This document shows, piece by piece, positions 53,355 to 62,553 of a DNA stretch of 64,000 nt. Made by a program: the position numbers and the translations under genes. Each line of letters begins with the position of its first letter. Positions within the stretch are counted from its first letter, which is position 1. This DNA is from a virus: the IMG/VR virus record IMGVR_UViG_3300036806_000217, positions 1 through 64,000 of that record. One strand, written 5' to 3'. The notes beneath the pieces are model-generated. The model did not search any database. It had not been told where the DNA came from and was given only the letters and a program-made list of their open reading frames with translations.

Positions 53355-55475
53355 GTGGATCTCGACTGGGACGCCAAGCACGGAGCCGTCACCGGCTCCC
53401 TCAACACAGCCGGTGCCGCACTGGCCTTGGCGTCGATCGAACACGTCGCCCACCTGCCGCTGTGGTCCGCCACCGCGGTAGCCGGCGCCGGACTGGTGGG
53501 CACCCACCTGGCCGGGGTCCGCAAGAAGGTCACCGGTGCGACCCTCGCGCTGCGCGCGGCGTCCTGGATGGCCGTTGGCGGCTGGTGCTCCTGGGCCGCG
53601 GTCGAAGGTCCGTGGACGCGTGACGTCCTCGTGGCCCTCGCCGCCGGCGCCGTCGGACTGGGCGGCGCCATGGCCGGTGCGCACCACGTCGAGGAGAAGA
53701 AGGCGGAGGAGCAGGCCAAGGCCGAGGCCGCAGCGAACCTCGCCAGTCTGGACGGCAAGCGGCGGAAGGTCGCCGAGGAGTGGCAGGAGCGCATCGCGAA
53801 GGTGTGCACCGGTTCCACCGTCCAGATCACCGGCGTGGAGGAGTGGCCGTCCGGCGGCGGCTTCACCCTGGATGGCAACTGCCTGCACGGCACCAAGTGG
53901 CGCGACCTCAAGACCCACGAGGACGCGCTGGCCGCCGAGGCCCAGCTCCCGGAGGGCTGCGGCGTCGAGGTCAAGAAGGGCGCTCACCGCGGCGCTGTCC
54001 TCATGGACGTGGCCACCGTCAACGCCCTCATCGACGACTGCCCCTATCCGTCGGACTACTCGCCGCTGTCCATCAACGACCCGGTGTCTCAGGGCGTGTT
54101 CCGCGACGGCTCCAAGGCCGAGGTCCTCCTCCGCGAACTTACCGGCCTGATCGCGGCCCGCCGCGGCGCCGGCAAGACCAACCTGATGAACGTGGGCATC
54201 GCCAACGGCGTGCGGATGGTCGACAACCTGGACTGGGTCATCGACCTCAACGGCGGCGGCCTGGCCCTGCCGTGGCTGCACGCCTGGGAGGCGGCGGGCC
54301 GTCCGGGTCGGCCGCCGATCGACTGGGTTGCCGACACCCCGGCGAAGGCCCTGGCCATGGCGCAGGCCGCACTGCGGATCGCGAAGGCCCGCAAGCCCGG
54401 CTACAAGAAGCGGGAGATCGCGGCGAACGACGACAAGCTGCCCGTCGGCTCGGACGTCCCGGCGGTGACGATCAGGTGCGACGAGATCGCGGAGATCTTC
54501 TCGCCGCGCGCCCGCAAGAACGAGGTACTGAAGAGGACCGGGGACATCCTCATCCAGATCGTCGAGATCGCCCGCGCTGTCGCCATCAACGAGATCCTGG
54601 CGGCGCTGCGCGTCACCCAGGACGTGCTCGCCGAGCCGCAGGTCCTCAAGCAGTCCGGCCTGAAGATCGGCATGCAGTCCGACGAGGCCGAACTCGCCTA
54701 CCTCTGCGGCTGGGGCGACAAGGTCTCCCCGGAGGACATCCCCTATCCGGGCTGCGGCGTCATGAAGATCGGCGAGGAGCCCGCACGCCCGTTCAAGGCG
54801 TACCGGCTCAAGCCCGCACAGATCGCCGACATCGTCGTCGCTACCAGCGGCCTGCGCCCCGAGCTCGACGAACTGTCCCGCCGCGCAGCCGGCCCGGCCT
54901 ACGAAACCCGGTGGGACGGCATGGACCACATATTCGGCATCGGCGACCTGCCCGAACGCGCAGGCGATGAGGACGGCGACGAAGACGGGGACGGCGAGGG
55001 CACCGAGGACTTCGCTGCGCCCCGCGGCTCCGGCGTCACCGCGAACTGGGGCACCGAGCCGCCGCGCGTCGACACCCAGGCCGCCCTCGACCAGGCCGAC
55101 GCCGCCCGCGACGCCATCCGCAAGGCAGCCGACGAGGCAACCAGCCGCGACGACGACCTCGACGCACAGTTCCAGGCCGTCCTCGAAAGCGGCGGCGCCC
55201 TGTGGAAGCCGCCAGCCGACGTGCCGACCCGCACGGGCCAGCCCATGCCCACCCCGGGCATCAGTGACGACGCCCGCTGGGCCGCCGTGTTCTCCATCGT
55301 CGCGAAGGCCGGTCCGGCCGGGATCAGCCCCACGGCGATCCGCGAGTTCTTCACCCAGATCAGCCCCGGCCTCGAGGCACCGCACCGGGCGACGATCACG
55401 ACATGGGTCCAGGCCGAGCCGCAGATTCACCAGCCCGTCAAGGGCAAGTACGCCCTGCGCCCCGAGGAGAAGTGA
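53355..55475 (+). CDS. traB: TraB-like FtsK/SpoIIIE-family DNA translocase
   Basis: N-terminal TMs, Walker A ARRGAGKT, IDLNGG, Walker B IRCDE, acidic linker, C-terminal winged-helix-like segment. Confidence 0.8.
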   Translation: MDLDWDAKHGAVTGSLNTAGAALALASIEHVAHLPLWSATAVAGAGLVGTHLAGVRKKVTGATLALRAASWMAVGGWCSWAAVEGPWTRDVLVALAAGAVGLGGAMAGAHHVEEKKAEEQAKAEAAANLASLDGKRRKVAEEWQERIAKVCTGSTVQITGVEEWPSGGGFTLDGNCLHGTKWRDLKTHEDALAAEAQLPEGCGVEVKKGAHRGAVLMDVATVNALIDDCPYPSDYSPLSINDPVSQGVFRDGSKAEVLLRELTGLIAARRGAGKTNLMNVGIANGVRMVDNLDWVIDLNGGGLALPWLHAWEAAGRPGRPPIDWVADTPAKALAMAQAALRIAKARKPGYKKREIAANDDKLPVGSDVPAVTIRCDEIAEIFSPRARKNEVLKRTGDILIQIVEIARAVAINEILAALRVTQDVLAEPQVLKQSGLKIGMQSDEAELAYLCGWGDKVSPEDIPYPGCGVMKIGEEPARPFKAYRLKPAQIADIVVATSGLRPELDELSRRAAGPAYETRWDGMDHIFGIGDLPERAGDEDGDEDGDGEGTEDFAAPRGSGVTANWGTEPPRVDTQAALDQADAARDAIRKAADEATSRDDDLDAQFQAVLESGGALWKPPADVPTRTGQPMPTPGISDDARWAAVFSIVAKAGPAGISPTAIREFFTQISPGLEAPHRATITTWVQAEPQIHQPVKGKYALRPEEK

Positions 55476-55476
55476 G

Positions 55477-55941
55477 ATGTCCGAACGTCCGTGGTACCGC
55501 GAGCCGTCGGCGTTCTTCGCCGAGGCCGCGTTCGAGGAGCAGCCGGTCGCCCACGCCGAGGTGGCCGTCCGGCCGACCATCCACCCGCCGAACTACATGC
55601 CCGGTGCCGTACTCCCCGAGGTGCGCATGGGCCGCGACGGCGTCCCGCAGTACGCCTACATGCCCACTCCGGTTCCGCAGGGCCTGGACGTGAGGTCGCA
55701 GCGGATGGTCGGCTGCGGCGTGATGGCGTTCGGCGTCGGCGCGGGCACCGCCCTGGTCGAGGTCGGCTCCTACGTGATGTTCGCGGGGATGGCTTTGGCC
55801 ACGCACGCGATCATCGGGGTGGCGGCGATGTTCGCGTTCGCGGCGATCAGCGTCGTCGTGCTCCGGACTTCCGGGGGCGTGCGGATCGGCCACTTCCACC
55901 AGGGCGACAACTCCAGCTTCAGCGCCGGGAATCAGCGATGA
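55477..55941 (+). CDS. Membrane protein (2 TM), SpdD-like position
   Basis: GAGGAG RBS; Pro-rich N-terminus and two hydrophobic helices. Confidence 0.7.
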   Translation: MSERPWYREPSAFFAEAAFEEQPVAHAEVAVRPTIHPPNYMPGAVLPEVRMGRDGVPQYAYMPTPVPQGLDVRSQRMVGCGVMAFGVGAGTALVEVGSYVMFAGMALATHAIIGVAAMFAFAAISVVVLRTSGGVRIGHFHQGDNSSFSAGNQR

Positions 55942-56633
55942 CCCGCCCGCGGCGCCGACCCGCCCCTACGATGCGCAGACCACGACCTGGGGGGAACCGG
56001 AAGATGGCCACGAAGAGACGCACCAAGAAGCAGCGCGAGCAGGAACAGGTAGCGAAGCTGCTGCTCGGCGTCGTCGGGATCGGCGTCGTGCTCATCCTGG
56101 TGGTGGCCGCGGTCCAGGAGTTCGAACTCCACCCCGTCGCCGGGGCCCTGCTGCTGTTCACCGCGGTCGCGGCCACGGTCCTCGCCGTCGCGGACCGGCG
56201 CCGCAAGGCCCAGGAGCGGCGCAGGCTCGCGGACCTCAGGTCGCGGGAGATCGGCCGCTACCACGTCATGAACCCCAAGGAGTTCGAGCACGCGCTGGCG
56301 TTCCTGTGCACCCGGGACGGCTGCACCAGCGTCACGGTCGTCGGCGGCGCCGGTGACCTCGCCGCGGATGTGCTGGCGACCGCCCCGGACGGCAGGCGGA
56401 TCCTGATCCAGGCCAAGCGCTACCAGCGCGGCAACAACGTCGGCTCCCCCGACGTGCAGAAAGTCGGCGGGACGTACCAGGTCGTGCACCGGGCGCAGCT
56501 CGCCGCGGTCGTCACCACCGCCGGGTACACCGCGCAGGCCCGCGCCTATGCGGCAACCGCCGGGATCCGCCTGTTCGACGAGCACGCCCTGGCCGGCTGG
56601 GCGTCGCGCACCGGCCCCGCACCGTGGCACTGA
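55938..56633 (+). CDS. Membrane-anchored Mrr-like restriction endonuclease (alternative start 56004)
   Basis: 2 TMs, then EFE..LA.L...G......GGAGDLAADV...IQAKRY...VG.PDVQ...VVTT.GYT. Confidence 0.88.
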   Translation: MTRPRRRPAPTMRRPRPGGNRKMATKRRTKKQREQEQVAKLLLGVVGIGVVLILVVAAVQEFELHPVAGALLLFTAVAATVLAVADRRRKAQERRRLADLRSREIGRYHVMNPKEFEHALAFLCTRDGCTSVTVVGGAGDLAADVLATAPDGRRILIQAKRYQRGNNVGSPDVQKVGGTYQVVHRAQLAAVVTTAGYTAQARAYAATAGIRLFDEHALAGWASRTGPAPWH

Positions 56634-56681
56634 CGCCGCGTCCGCCGGACAGTGGCACCCCGAACGCGAGAGGATGACGGC

Positions 56682-56975
56682 ATGACCCGTATCACCGTGT
56701 CCCAGCAGGCCAAGTTCGGCGAGGTCTTCGCGCCGGGCTGCTTCGATTCCTCCGTCGGCAAGCACGTCCCGTTCAAGGTCGACGGCCAGTCGGTGACGAC
56801 CTGCGAGCTGCTCGCGGCCGAGGTCGCCGAGGACGGCCTGTCCGTGCAGTTGACGCTGGAGACGCCGGACGATGAGCCGTCGATCGTGGCTGACCTCGTG
56901 GTGGAGCATCCGAACAGCGCCTCGTTCGGCTTCGCCAGCGACCGGCCGCCGTACTCGATCGGAGGCCAGCCGTGA
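56682..56975 (+). CDS. Hypothetical protein
   Basis: GAGGA RBS; EVFAPGCFDSSVGK.VP. Confidence 0.65.
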   Translation: MTRITVSQQAKFGEVFAPGCFDSSVGKHVPFKVDGQSVTTCELLAAEVAEDGLSVQLTLETPDDEPSIVADLVVEHPNSASFGFASDRPPYSIGGQP

Positions 56976-57196
56976 CCCTCATTGCCCGCGCGGCCGTCGC
57001 CTACTGGCGGTGGAACGAGCGCGTCTGGCTCCAGCTCCGGCGCTTCGACAACGCCCTGATGGCCCTCGCCGTCGGCGGCGCCATCGCGGCGTGGATCGTC
57101 GGCGTCAGCATCGGCAACATGCCGCTGATGTGGGCCCCGGCTATCCTCGGCGCGATCTACTGGGGTGCGGTCGCCCTGGACGAGAGGCGATCGTGA
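56972..57196 (+). CDS. Small membrane protein
   Basis: GTGA overlap; 2 TMs. Confidence 0.65.
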   Translation: MTLIARAAVAYWRWNERVWLQLRRFDNALMALAVGGAIAAWIVGVSIGNMPLMWAPAILGAIYWGAVALDERRS

Positions 57197-57528
57197 GCGC
57201 CCCCGGCTACATCCACCCCGCCTCCGGCCGCGAGTACCGCGAGGACGATCCCGCAGCCCGCCTCGCAAGCCTCACCCAGGCTTTCGCCAGGCAGTGCGAG
57301 CAGTACCTGGTCCACTACGAGCGGCAGCTACAGGGCACCGACTACATGGACCAGTACCGCACCTGGCCCGGCGACCCCGACCGGATCACCCGCACGATGG
57401 TCCGCACCGCCGAAGCGATCGACAAGGCGTATACCGACGTCACCGCCGACCGGACGCTGCACGAGTACGGCCTGGGCAAGCGGGACGCGGAGTGGGAGCG
57501 GAAGTACGGGAAGGTCGAGAAGCCGTGA
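57193..57528 (+). CDS. Hypothetical protein
   Basis: GTGA overlaps. Confidence 0.65.
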   Translation: MSAPGYIHPASGREYREDDPAARLASLTQAFARQCEQYLVHYERQLQGTDYMDQYRTWPGDPDRITRTMVRTAEAIDKAYTDVTADRTLHEYGLGKRDAEWERKYGKVEKP

Positions 57529-57728
57529 CCCGCCGCCCGAACGTGGCCCGTGCCTGTCACCAGTTGGAGCGGCACGGAAGCGGGACGCCCAACGACGTGG
57601 CGCAGCCGCTGACATGGGCCGAGAACCTGGCCAACTTCAAGGCCGCGACGAGCATCACCATGGCCGAGGCTGGCCGGAGCATCGTGGCGTGGCAGGAATA
57701 CCTGCGCGGCAAGCGGGAGGCGGCGTGA
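57525..57728 (+). CDS. Hypothetical protein
   Basis: GTGA overlaps. Confidence 0.6.
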   Translation: MTRRPNVARACHQLERHGSGTPNDVAQPLTWAENLANFKAATSITMAEAGRSIVAWQEYLRGKREAA

Positions 57729-57955
57729 CCGCCTCCGGCTTCACTGCGCCCGTCTCCGGCTACTACCTGTTCCTGCCGGGCCAGCCGCCGCGCCTGCTCA
57801 CCGAGGAGGAGGCCGCGATGCCGTTCGCCGAGGTGGCCGACCGGTACGGCAGACCGCTGCATCTCTGGGAGGGCGACCGGCTGATGAACTCCGGCGGGAG
57901 CATCGCGGACGAGTCGACGGGGCCAGTGCTGACGATGGATTGGAAGTACGGGTGA
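57725..57955 (+). CDS. Hypothetical protein
   Basis: GGAGG RBS, GTGA overlaps. Confidence 0.6.
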   Translation: MTASGFTAPVSGYYLFLPGQPPRLLTEEEAAMPFAEVADRYGRPLHLWEGDRLMNSGGSIADESTGPVLTMDWKYG

Positions 57956-58260
57956 CCGGGCAGCAGCGCGGCCAGCAGTCGCCCCAGGGTGCGGTCAAAC
58001 CGCCGATCCTGGCCGGTGTTCCGGCGACGCCACCGCAACCGTCAGGCGCGCCCCGGCTGCCGCTCAGCGTTCGCGAAGGCTCCGTCTGGTGCTGGGAGCC
58101 ACTGAAGCCCCACGCCGCCGAATGCACCGTCACCGCGACCCGGTGGAACGGCGAGGAGTGGTGGATCGAGTTGGAGACGGGACGGGACCGGGCGCGCCAC
58201 TGGAACGAGCTGGACCGGTTCGTTGAGGCGGCCGTCCTCGTCAGGCCCGGACCGCAGTAG
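57952..58260 (+). CDS. Trp-rich hypothetical protein
   Basis: GTGA overlap. Confidence 0.6.
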   Translation: MTGQQRGQQSPQGAVKPPILAGVPATPPQPSGAPRLPLSVREGSVWCWEPLKPHAAECTVTATRWNGEEWWIELETGRDRARHWNELDRFVEAAVLVRPGPQ

Positions 58261-58359
58261 CGACGGAGGTTCCCCCGATCCGCCTGCGCCCGTGCCGCCC
58301 CGGGTGCACACTCGAAGGACCGGCCCCGTCGCATCCCCCGTCGACGGGGCCGCTGCATG

Positions 58360-58557
58360 TCAGCCCTCCGGCCGCTCGCCCCACACCTCGGGCGGCTTCT
58401 CGGCCCGCGCCATCCACCGGTTGCGCCCCGGCAACGCCATCGCCCGGCCCGCCGCCAACGGCAGCAGCCCCTCGGCAGCACACAGACGCGCGAGCTCGGC
58501 CTCAGCCTCAGCCTGCGAATCCGCCTGCACCGTCACCGTCGTGGCCATGAACATCAT
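58360..58557 (-). CDS. Small hypothetical protein
   Basis: VTVQADSQAEAEAELARLC...RWMARA. Confidence 0.55.
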   Translation of the reverse strand: MMFMATTVTVQADSQAEAEAELARLCAAEGLLPLAAGRAMALPGRNRWMARAEKPPEVWGERPEG

Positions 58558-58687
58558 GGTGACGCCGCGTCACGGCGAGCGCACCCGAAACAGCACGATC
58601 CGCCACAAGCAGATGACCACGTCAGGGAAGCCACTGGCGCATACTCAAGGCAGCCCCTGCCACTCCTGACCCTTCGGGAGCTGTGAC

Positions 58688-59389
58688 GTGCCCACCATCT
58701 GTCCTGGTCGATGCAACTCCGCTTGGCGCCGCGCCGAAGAACTCGGCCGGCAACACACCCTCGAACCCGTCCCCGGCGAACCCGTGCACTGCTGGGCCTG
58801 CTACGCCGGAGCCCACACTCAACTCCACCAGCTCCCCGCCCTGTTCGACGCGATCTACCTCGAAGGCGAGGAAGGCACCCTCGCGAAGTTGGTCGGCACC
58901 ATCGGCCGTGTCGGACTCCAGGCACCGCCGTGGCCCGGGCAGCACGCCCGCCTGTTCGCCGACGGCCTCGGGGAGGGCATCCTCATCCTCGCCAACGACG
59001 TCCGCGAGCACATGGACGAACCCTGGATGAACCCCGGCACCGGTACCGCCACCATCAACCGCGCCATCGGCACCCTCATCCGGCACCTGCGCTGGCTGCT
59101 GGCCGAACACCCCTGCGCCACCGACTCCCACGGCGGACGCTCCGGCAACCCCGCCTGGCAGATCTACAGTTGGCACCGCTCCGCTGAAGTGTTCTGCAAG
59201 CAGGACGAACAGCGGCCGGTCGATCGGATCGCCGCCTGTCCGCGCTGCCGGGACCCGTGGATGCGATCGCGGAACGGCGTCGTCGAGTGCACCAACATGG
59301 ACTGCCAAAATGTCATGTCCAACGACGAGTACGCCGTCCACGTCCAGCGGCTCCACGACGCGGCGAAGTTCGCGGGCATCGCCGCTTGA
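58688..59389 (+). CDS. Zn-ribbon protein, putative late-gene regulator
   Basis: N-terminal CPGRC...CWAC and C-terminal CPRC...C...C; sits at the early/late boundary. Confidence 0.6.
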   Translation: MPTICPGRCNSAWRRAEELGRQHTLEPVPGEPVHCWACYAGAHTQLHQLPALFDAIYLEGEEGTLAKLVGTIGRVGLQAPPWPGQHARLFADGLGEGILILANDVREHMDEPWMNPGTGTATINRAIGTLIRHLRWLLAEHPCATDSHGGRSGNPAWQIYSWHRSAEVFCKQDEQRPVDRIAACPRCRDPWMRSRNGVVECTNMDCQNVMSNDEYAVHVQRLHDAAKFAGIAA

Positions 59390-59480
59390 CGAAAATTGCC
59401 ATCATGCATGATCCTGATCGCACGAGCGGCATGTCCGCTTGTTGATCTCGGGCCCCGACGCTTCCCAGCGCGGGGCCTTT
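59386..59480 (+). promoter_or_regulatory. Candidate late promoter followed by a terminator-like hairpin
   Basis: TTGACG at 59386, AT-rich spacer, CATGAT/GATCCT near 59407-59415; hairpin GGCCCCG...CGGGGCC-TTT at 59451-59480. Confidence 0.5.
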
Positions 59481-59502
59481 CTGCATGTCCAGGAGGTGCC
59501 CT

Positions 59503-59730
59503 GTGGTGGATCTGAGTGTTGATCTGACCGCCACTCTGTGGACCGTCGAGCAGGCCGCCGAAGCAGCACAGGTCAAGCCGAACACGGTCCGCAACTGGAA
59601 GTACCGGGGCCGACTGGAGCAGGCCGGCACGGACTGGCGGGGTCGCCCCGTGTTCCGCGCGGTCGATGTGATTCGCGCCGAGCGGGCGACCCGCGAGAAG
59701 GCCCGCAGGGTGTACCCGGTCGCTGCCTGA
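59503..59730 (+). CDS. MerR-like HTH DNA-binding protein
   Basis: WTVEQAAEAAQVKPNTVRNWKYRGRL...GRPVFRAVDVIRAE. Confidence 0.8.
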   Translation: MVDLSVDLTATLWTVEQAAEAAQVKPNTVRNWKYRGRLEQAGTDWRGRPVFRAVDVIRAERATREKARRVYPVAA

Positions 59731-59873
59731 CTCCCGCCGCCTTCCCCCCACGGCGGGGTCCCGCGCCCGCGCCCCGTTTCGAGGGTGACGTGACGCGGGT
59801 TAGTCGCGCGTCTCGGCGCCCCCCGAGGCGCGCGACGCCAACCAGCACAACCAACACCACCAAGAGGATCACC

Positions 59874-60251
59874 ATGAGCATCCCCCTGAACGGGTACATC
59901 GTCATCACCGAGACGGGCGAGAGCGTCGACACCGGCCAGCGGGTCCCCGTCAGCCACCGCATCGACGCCGCCTACTACAAGGCCGAGGGCAGTTTCACCA
60001 CCTTCAAGGACGCCGACCACAAGGACGTCTTCACCGTCCGCAACGATCTCCTCGCGTCGGTCAGCCGCGTCGCTGTCGAAATCGACGCGCTCACGCTCAC
60101 CGTGCAGGGTCTCCTCGACGCCGCCGACAAGCACGACAGGGCGGTCGGCTCGCACAGTCGCCGCGAGGAACTGCCTGACGGTCGGGCGACCGTGACGGAC
60201 TACGAGATCACGGTCAAGGCCGTCGGTGCGTCCGCCGACTCGCCTGAGTGA
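59874..60251 (+). CDS. Hypothetical protein
   Basis: GAGGA RBS. Confidence 0.7.
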   Translation: MSIPLNGYIVITETGESVDTGQRVPVSHRIDAAYYKAEGSFTTFKDADHKDVFTVRNDLLASVSRVAVEIDALTLTVQGLLDAADKHDRAVGSHSRREELPDGRATVTDYEITVKAVGASADSPE

Positions 60252-60375
60252 TCGTCCGCTTCTGGTGCCACCTGGATTCCTGGTGGCACCGCCTGCGCCT
60301 CCCGGGCGGCTGGGTGTGCGACCGCTACGACCTGGCGCTCGGGCTGACGCGTGCCGAGCTGACGAGGCGGTGACG

Positions 60376-60522
60376 ATGCCCGCCTCCGACGCTCTGCGCT
60401 GGTGTTCCTGCGCCCACGTGTACGACAAGCACGCCGATGGCGGCACCTGCCGGGACCGGTCGCTGGACGGCTGGCCGTGTGAGTGCGAGCAGTTCGACGG
60501 CGACGACGAAGGCGAGGCGTGA
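60376..60522 (+). CDS. Small Cys/His peptide
   Basis: CSCAH...H...C...CECEQF. Confidence 0.55.
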   Translation: MPASDALRWCSCAHVYDKHADGGTCRDRSLDGWPCECEQFDGDDEGEA

Positions 60523-60701
60523 TGGCCAGCCTCGACCCGATCACCGTGATCTGCCCGGAGTGCGACGTCCCCATCGTCATCCCAGTGAGTGCAACGCCGG
60601 GCGACTGGGTCGGGCTGCGCACCGTTGAGGTCCACGTCGGCATCGATCGCGAGCCGATCACCGCACACATCGCCAAGCACCAGACGGAGCCCACGGCTTG
60701 A
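60522..60701 (+). CDS. Small Zn-finger-like protein
   Basis: CPEC...HIAKH; TGATG overlap. Confidence 0.6.
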   Translation: MASLDPITVICPECDVPIVIPVSATPGDWVGLRTVEVHVGIDREPITAHIAKHQTEPTA

Positions 60702-60889
60702 CCGAGGACGATCCTGCCCGCGCCCGCCTCGCCCCGTTCACCCACCCGTCCGACGTCGACGCCCGCTTCGGCAGCTGCTCGCGCTGCGGCGCTGACGCCA
60801 TCGAGATCAACGGCCGCTGGTCGCACGACGCGATCTCCTGCACGCCCCGGTACGGGGTGGCCGCCGAGTTCGTGCCCGACGACGACTGA
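60698..60889 (+). CDS. Small Cys protein
   Basis: TTGA overlap; CSRC...WSH...C. Confidence 0.6.
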   Translation: MTEDDPARARLAPFTHPSDVDARFGSCSRCGADAIEINGRWSHDAISCTPRYGVAAEFVPDDD

Positions 60890-61013
60890 CCCACCCTCAG
60901 CTACCCGGAGCGCCAGCCGCTGCCGGGTGTTTCGCGTGCGCGCGGTCCCCGGTTGGGGAACTGCGGCGACCGCGCGCACCAGTTCCCCCGCAGTTCCCCG
61001 AAGGAGATCACCC

Positions 61014-61493
61014 ATGCTCGCCACCCTCACCCGCTCCGAGCGCCGCGCCGCTTCACGCGACGACGCCCGCGCCCACCCGGTCCCGGCCCGCGAGCCGTCG
61101 CACGGCCTCGTCGGCGAAATCGTCCACCAGCGGCACGGCGGACGCGTCCCGTACCAGGGCACCTGCTCCGGCCAGCGCCGCGTCAACGCCAAGCGCAACG
61201 CCCGCGCCGAGCTGTGGCGCACCGTCACGGTCCGCGTCAGCGACGAGATCGAGCCGTACTTCCGCCGGAGCATTCACCTGCTCGGCGACGGAGCCCGCGT
61301 CCAGGGCCGATCCATTCCCCTGGACTGGTTCGGCGTCGACCTCGCCGTGCACATCCCCGGCGCGCCCGCGACGGCAGTCCGAGCCATGCCCGCCTACCGC
61401 AGCGTCTGGCGCGGCGACCGCTACGAGCCTGAGCTCGACAGCGTGACGTGGATCGACGCCGACGGGCGGCACTTCGAAGCCGAGGCCAACTGA
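61014..61493 (+). CDS. Hypothetical protein
   Basis: AAGGAG RBS. Confidence 0.65.
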   Translation: MLATLTRSERRAASRDDARAHPVPAREPSHGLVGEIVHQRHGGRVPYQGTCSGQRRVNAKRNARAELWRTVTVRVSDEIEPYFRRSIHLLGDGARVQGRSIPLDWFGVDLAVHIPGAPATAVRAMPAYRSVWRGDRYEPELDSVTWIDADGRHFEAEAN

Positions 61494-61807
61494 TGGCCAT
61501 CCCGCCCTCGGAGACCTTCGCAGGCCGTCTGATCATCGTCTGGCCCAAGCCAGGCGGACCCGCTGTCCACGGCAACCTCGTCGCCTTCATCGACGCCGAC
61601 AGCGGCGACCCGATCGTGACGATCACAGACCTCACCGTCCACGTCGACCTCTACGCACCCGCCGTCGCCGAGGTCGCGATGTACGCCGACGCCGACGGCA
61701 AGCCACTGCTCGGCGCGCACGCCATGCCAGTTCGCGCCGCCGACGGCAAGGCCTACCGCACCGGCACGTTCCGGTGGCTCGTCGCCGAGATGCGAGTCGC
61801 GACATGA
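61493..61807 (+). CDS. Hypothetical protein
   Basis: TGATG overlap. Confidence 0.7.
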   Translation: MAIPPSETFAGRLIIVWPKPGGPAVHGNLVAFIDADSGDPIVTITDLTVHVDLYAPAVAEVAMYADADGKPLLGAHAMPVRAADGKAYRTGTFRWLVAEMRVAT

Positions 61808-62088
61808 GCGGCGGCTCCTACGACTATCTGTGCTTCAAGGCCGACGACCTCTCCGGTCGTCGCGGCACGGTCGAGGAGATGGCGCAGCGCCTGGAAGGAC
61901 TCCCCTACGCCTCCCCGGCAGCCGCCGACACCCGACGCGTCCTCGCCCTGCTCGACGAAGCGCGCGCCCTCGCTGAACGGCTGTCCGACGTGTGGCACGC
62001 CGTCGAGTGGTGGGACTCCGGCGACTACGGCGAGGACGACGCCCGAGAGGCCATCGCCAAGTACCGCGACATCAGCACCACAACCTGA
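61804..62088 (+). CDS. Phage hypothetical protein
   Basis: MSGGSYDYL...LSDVWHAVEWWDSGDYGED. Confidence 0.75.
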   Translation: MSGGSYDYLCFKADDLSGRRGTVEEMAQRLEGLPYASPAAADTRRVLALLDEARALAERLSDVWHAVEWWDSGDYGEDDAREAIAKYRDISTTT

Positions 62089-62113
62089 CCCACCCTCACC
62101 CCTGGAGTCCCGC

Positions 62114-62413
62114 ATGTCTGCTCTCACCGACGAGTTCCACGCCCTGGTCACCGCGCTGGAGAACGAGGGCCACGCCCTCGCCGCCCGCTTCCGCGCCCTG
62201 CTCGGCCACGCCCCCGCCCTGGAGGCCGAGGCGGTCGCCGACGCCAAGCAGGTCGAAGCCGACGCCGTCGCTGCGGCCGAGCCCGTCATCGCCGAAGCCG
62301 AGGGCGACGTCAAGCAGCTCGCCGCCGAGGCCGTCGCCGACGTCGAAGGTGCCACCGCCCCGCAGACCGCCCCCGACGTCGCACCCGCCGGGCCCGCAGC
62401 ACCCACCGTCTGA
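62114..62413 (+). CDS. Ala/Glu-rich hypothetical protein
   Basis: GGAG RBS. Confidence 0.65.
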   Translation: MSALTDEFHALVTALENEGHALAARFRALLGHAPALEAEAVADAKQVEADAVAAAEPVIAEAEGDVKQLAAEAVADVEGATAPQTAPDVAPAGPAAPTV

Positions 62414-62439
62414 CCCGCCCGCCACCCGAGGGAGGCCGC

Positions 62440-62553
62440 ATGCCTCAGCAGCACACCGTCGTGATGACCGTCGAGGCATCCGGCACAGTCACCCCCGCCC
62501 CGCAGCCCGACGCCGCCGAGGCCACCGACGTGAAGGAGCCCACCGATGGCTGA
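62440..62553 (+). CDS. 37-aa peptide
   Basis: GGAGG RBS; MPQQHTVVMTVEASGTVTPAP; stop overlaps the next gene. Confidence 0.55.
   Translation: MPQQHTVVMTVEASGTVTPAPQPDAAEATDVKEPTDG

Noticed and set aside
60944-61000. GGGGAACTG / CAGTTCCCC inverted and direct repeats
   Set aside because: Only three short copies in a leader. Probably a simple hairpin; no function can be supported.
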